In this document: positions 59,332 to 64,000 of the stretch, one piece after another | Layout of the letters: each line of letters opens with the position of its first letter | Position numbering within the stretch: position 1 is the first letter of the stretch | Origin: the human T2T-CHM13v2.0 reference genome, Homo sapiens | Length of the DNA: 64,000 nucleotides | NCBI RefSeq assembly: GCF_009914755.1 | Contig: NC_060930.1 | Direction: 5' to 3' (one strand) | Notes under the pieces: generated by a model | Told to the model about the DNA's origin: nothing | Seen by the model: the letters and a program-made list of their open reading frames with translations, nothing else | The model's database searches: none | Translations under genes and position numbers: made by a program

Positions 59332-62300
59332 AAATCTATGTATAACTTCCCCACCCCCAGTTTTCCAAGGACACTATGGAAGTCTTCAGTAAAAAAGGTT
59401 AAACAACAGAGATATGAAAAACCCAGATATATTAACCACAGTGACGTTACAAAGATATTTCTAGAAATGAATAGCAAGTCTCTTTTTTAAGTAGGCTTTT
59501 GATAATCTGTGGTAATTTGTAAACACTGTCATATCAAAGCCATACAAAAGATAGTATTCAAAATCTTTGGGAAAACAGTTTTTCATAATTCAGTGCAATG
59601 TTTAAAGATAAGAATACCCTTCAAATGTTCATGTCACTTTAAAGACGTGTTAGGGCTTAAACACCTTAAATGTAGAAATTCAAATAGAAACTGATGTATT
59701 AGGCCTTAACCACTGAACATTTATAAGCTCATATTGAAATGGGAAATAGGGAGTTTTAAAACAAATGTTTACTTAACCATTTATTAGGGGTTATGAAGGG
59801 GAAAGAATCAAGGTCAGTTATGCGGCAAATCAATGGTTGTGTGGTGAAAGTAGCGTCAGTAACAGATAGCCCCAACTGCATATTTTGTTCCTCAAAGGAA
59901 GAGTGTTCAGGCTGCAAGTACATCAGAAATAACAAGGATATGTCTCGCTGTTCTGCACTTTGCAAGAACCTGCTGGGAATGAAGTATCCAAGGCTCTTAT
60001 GTGGTTTGTGTTGGGATTTCTTCAAGTTACCATAATGAGGTGTTTTCCTATTGCCCTGAACTGGCTGGGCTATAAGAGTCTTCTTGTACAATGATTGTTT
60101 TAAAGTATCTCCCTCTTAGGTGTCTCCTGATGTATTTACGGTTTATAACTTGAAAAAATATTTCTTTTAATTAGCAGTGATAATCTGAAAAAAATTAAAA
60201 TAGGATTTCACTGACAATTCAATATTGAAAATGACCTTATTTGACTTTTCCTAACAGTTTTCAAGTGGTTTTTGAATGCTCTTTTGTTTGTATTCATTTC
60301 TTCTCCAGAAACTACCATTCATTAAGGGCTTTCCAAAAGAAGTACCAGTATTTTTCATAAGTGCAGGTGTGAATTAGCAACATACCTGTTTCAAATAATG
60401 TTGATTGAAACATTATAGCATATTGTCATCATTGGTGTCAAATATAGAAACCAATTTAATGATTCTTATATATTTTTGGCAATGAAAAGCAAAAAATATG
60501 AGGCATATTTCTCTTAATCTCACAAATACAGAGAGAAAATGTTAATTTTTTTCTGAAGCAGATCTTCCTTTGTACCTGACATTCATTTTGACAGTATGAA
60601 GAACCTGTGAATGGATTGATCAAAGTGTGTTGACATTTTAGTGGGTTTTAAATGATTCTTGGTATTCAGGCAAGGCTGATGGCTTCATCTGCAGGTGAGC
60701 CATATTGTTAAAATATTGAAACACTTCCTTACTGCTCAGAAAAAGGTGCCCTTCATTAAATGCTTCCAAAGTACCTCTGCCTCCCAAGCACCAAGACTCT
60801 CTGTGATCCAACATCCAGGGGAGTTTTGGGACAAAATATTTTTTGTATCGGATATTCTATCTGGTTCTGTGATTTGGGTGGAGTTATTGGTTTGCATTTT
60901 AAAATGTATATTCAGAAATATTAATGGGTTACTATTATTTTTAATACCCCAAAGGAAGTTTTAGCCCAGTGTGTATTGTATCAGAGACACTTATCTAATA
61001 CAGGTACAATGATTCAAAGCATTCACTGTACTTAAAAAAAATGGTATAATTAATATGGCATTCTTTGGTGGGCAGGCTTAATAAGGCAGGAGAAAGAAAT
61101 ACTGGATCATACAAATTATTACAATATTTGTCTTAACATTGTTTTCACTTTTTTTGCATAACTAAAGGCTGTAAGCCAGAACTGGTAACTTAAACTCACA
61201 GACACTGCAAATTAGCATTGTTTACAGCACATAGGTTTAGCTACTAACACAAAAAATTTTTTAAATAATTATTTTGCTACTGTTAGGCTCTATGATACTG
61301 GATAGAAGGTACTTAGTACCTAGGGACCTTAACTTTCTCATCTGCAAAATGAAGAGTAGAACTACATTCTTTCTCCACTTCTATACTTTGTATTCTTATG
61401 TCCCATTTTCCCTTATGCATGATAATTCCCCTGGAAGACTAGTGAAGATAGAACCTGGTGTCCAGTTACAGTTTTCAGCCATCTGTTGTTTGGACCTAAA
61501 GTGAAAGCAATAACAGGACTTAATGAATAGTAGTCACAGGCTTTCCTAGGCAGCATGATGATAATGTGATGTTTGGAAATGCCTGTCTAGATTTTGAATT
61601 CTAGCATTTAGGACAATACTTTTATTTTACAGATGAGAAACACTATGCCCTGAGAGTTAAGCCTGAAGTCAAGTTAGACAATTTCTTGAACTGAAATTTA
61701 CAATTTGGGCTAGTATATTTGGGGGACATAGGTAACAACCTGAAAATTAGACCTGTACTGTTTCATATATTTTGATTACTATTATATAAAATATGTAAGT
61801 AGTTTTAGGATGAGATGTCTCAGCAAGCTACAGAATCTACAATTAAAAGAATATTAGTACCATACACTAGCACCTAATGACTAAACAAACTTGAAAAGCT
61901 AAAATAAATCTAAAAAATAGTAGATTGTTAGGTAAAAGACCATTTTATTGTTTCACTTTACTTTTGTTTACTCTTGATTTTTCTAGTATTCATTTAAATT
62001 TGAACTTTAATTTTATAAATTCCTTTCAGATGTTCAAAGATGTAATTTATTTTATTAATAATAATATGGTTTAAAAAATATTTGGTGTGTCCCTACAACC
62101 CTACAACCCCCCAAAAGCCTATTTGTTATCTGGCGATCGTTTCAGATGTTTTCTTTTTAAATTGTCCTGCTTACCTTATAGACGATACAAATTGACCTTT
62201 AATATTTGTTTTTAGAGTATAATGACTGACTTCATGCTTACAGATGCTTGTGTGCTTATATGTGTATGTGTGTATGCACATAGGAATACACATTAAGTAG

Positions 62301-62909
62301 CTCCAGATGGGCTTTATGCACATAATTATTCAATTTTGAAAAAATAAACAAACTGAAGTTCTTTCTGTCTATCTGTCCATCTGATTGGAATCACACTTAT
62401 TGAGAAGACAGAGCATTGCATTCTGGCCATGAAGAAAAACCTGAATACCTGGCTATACCTGCTAAAGTCAGCCAATGCCAACAAATTTTGTAGATTTTTA
62501 TTCATTTTTAGATAATAGAGGTTTTGAAAAGGCTTTATAAGAAAGTTGTACATTGTGAAATCCTAAAAAGCTGTCTGGATATGGTATCAAAAGTTATAGT
62601 TTTTATCTTGATGACTTAAGATGAAGGGAGGATGCTTATCTATTAAAAAGCGGAAAAATGAGATCAAACTCTTTTCTTAGGTTGTATCTCAACTTTAGGG
62701 CTTTATGAAACTTTATATGTGTATGAAATTTGTTTTACTAATACATTTTAAATTATACTGCTGCTATTACTCTCTCTTGTCTAATAAGACGTGGCCTCAC
62801 TCCCTCTTCCATGCAAGTGAGGTCTCCTTCCACACAACTAAGCCTTCACTGAACAAAAAATAACTATAGCATATGCATGAGTTATCAGGGAGTATGGACC
62901 CCTAGCATT

Positions 62910-63165
62910 GATGTATATTTATTACTGAGCACATGCTCAATGCTGTGCAGACACAAAACACATATCTTCCTTGTATTTCATCGTTGAATCTTCACAATAA
63001 CCCTATAGGATAGATACTCTTCTTATTTTATTTAACAGTTAAGGAAACGGAGACTTAATAAGGTAATTTGCCTACGTAAACACAACTGATAAATGGCAGA
63101 GCAAGGATTCACACCAAGACTGACCTAACGCCAGACTCCAACTCTAAACCATTATGTTAGCCTAC
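62910..63165 (-). mobile_element. MIR SINE
   Basis: aatcttcacaataaccctatagg...tttaacagttaaggaaacggagact...aaatggcagagcaaggattcacacc. Confidence 0.8.
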
Positions 63166-63499
63166 TTCTCCCCATGATAGGAAAATTTTATTTACATTTG
63201 TATCTGAGAAGCCCAAGTCTTGCTTTATATTTTTGTCTTCTTATAGTTAAATATTTCTTGGTATCACGAAAACATTTTTTCTAAATGAGCATATTTTAAG
63301 ATAACACACAATATTGGTATTAGTTTTGTCACAAATTGACTAAACTTTCAACCCAGATCAGACACTATAGAAAGCTAAAGTGTCTTGTATTAATAGTAGA
63401 AAGAGGTCTCTGCTGCACACTCACTACAGTTGAGAGAAGAAACCCTGCTGATCAGGAGCTGCCCTCTTATGGAGAAAGGCTATGGCAACATACTTTTAC

Positions 63500-63960
63500 G
63501 GAAGTATTATTCCAATAGCTGTGCCTTAAGATCTCACAAGTTTCTACTGTTACTTACAAAGATTTTTTAAGATACTGGATAAATATAAAACAGTTATAAA
63601 AATTAGTCCCAATTTTATTTCCATGTTTAATCAGGTCTTAAATTATATATAACATTTTATATCAATGAGTGTTCTTGAACCACATTATGTTTAATATTTG
63701 GAGAATATTTCCTTGTATACATGTGCCGTAATTTATTTTTAAATTTCTTTACCCACATACCACATAGGGTGTCTCCAATTTTTCCAAATTACTAACAGTG
63801 CTGTATAACACTTGTACTTTCTCTGCATGCTGCATTTCTTTTCTAAGTTTTTCCTCTGTTGAGGTTAACATATTGTGCTTAGGATTTACAAATAAATAAC
63901 AATCTGTTCTATCTTTAGGAGTATTTCTAATGGAGTTGCCTTTCCCTTTCACATTATAAA
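63500..63960 (-). mobile_element. old L1ME-like fragment
   Basis: tgtctccaatttttccaaattactaacagtgctgtataac is decayed antisense L1 3' ORF2/UTR. Confidence 0.55.
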
Positions 63961-64000
63961 TGCTTTTAATATGCAGACCACGATAAAAACTTAAAAATGG

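Noticed and set aside
59756-60091. Cys-rich ORF 59793-60035 and antisense 111-aa ORF
   Set aside because: No recognisable domain spacing or splice context; consistent with chance.

Overview
AT-rich, CpG-depleted primate (human or ape-like) genomic DNA, either deep intronic or intergenic. I recognise no cellular protein-coding exon, RNA gene, CpG island or CRISPR. Every credible ORF is LINE-1-derived; the rest are repeat or chance ORFs. Much of the window is interspersed repeat: a full-length but inactivated L1PA4-like element (27539-33682, +), an oppositely oriented 5'-truncated L1PA3-like element (25044-26619, -), an old L1MB-like element hosting nested THE1, Tigger4b and Alu insertions, seven Alus, seven MaLR LTRs, MER63/MER53/MER5 DNA transposon fossils, and many L2/MIR fragments. 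Best observations: (1) the two inverted L1s share private mutations in identical tracts, indicating ectopic gene conversion and an inversion-prone architecture; (2) a complex duplication/inverted-triplication scar with microhomology junctions and a ~490-bp foldback at 10.5-12.1 kb; (3) an intact L1 ORF0 followed by a correctly oriented LTR poly(A) signal, a possible self-contained antisense mini-transcript; (4) an ancient, internally deleted L1 that appears to keep both ends and has a perfect 15-bp TSD; (5) a MER53 copy with a re-duplicated multi-hairpin centre that retains the miR-1302 seed. I cannot support a wholly new gene system. Subfamily calls come from remembered consensus sequences, and the boundaries of old repeats are approximate.
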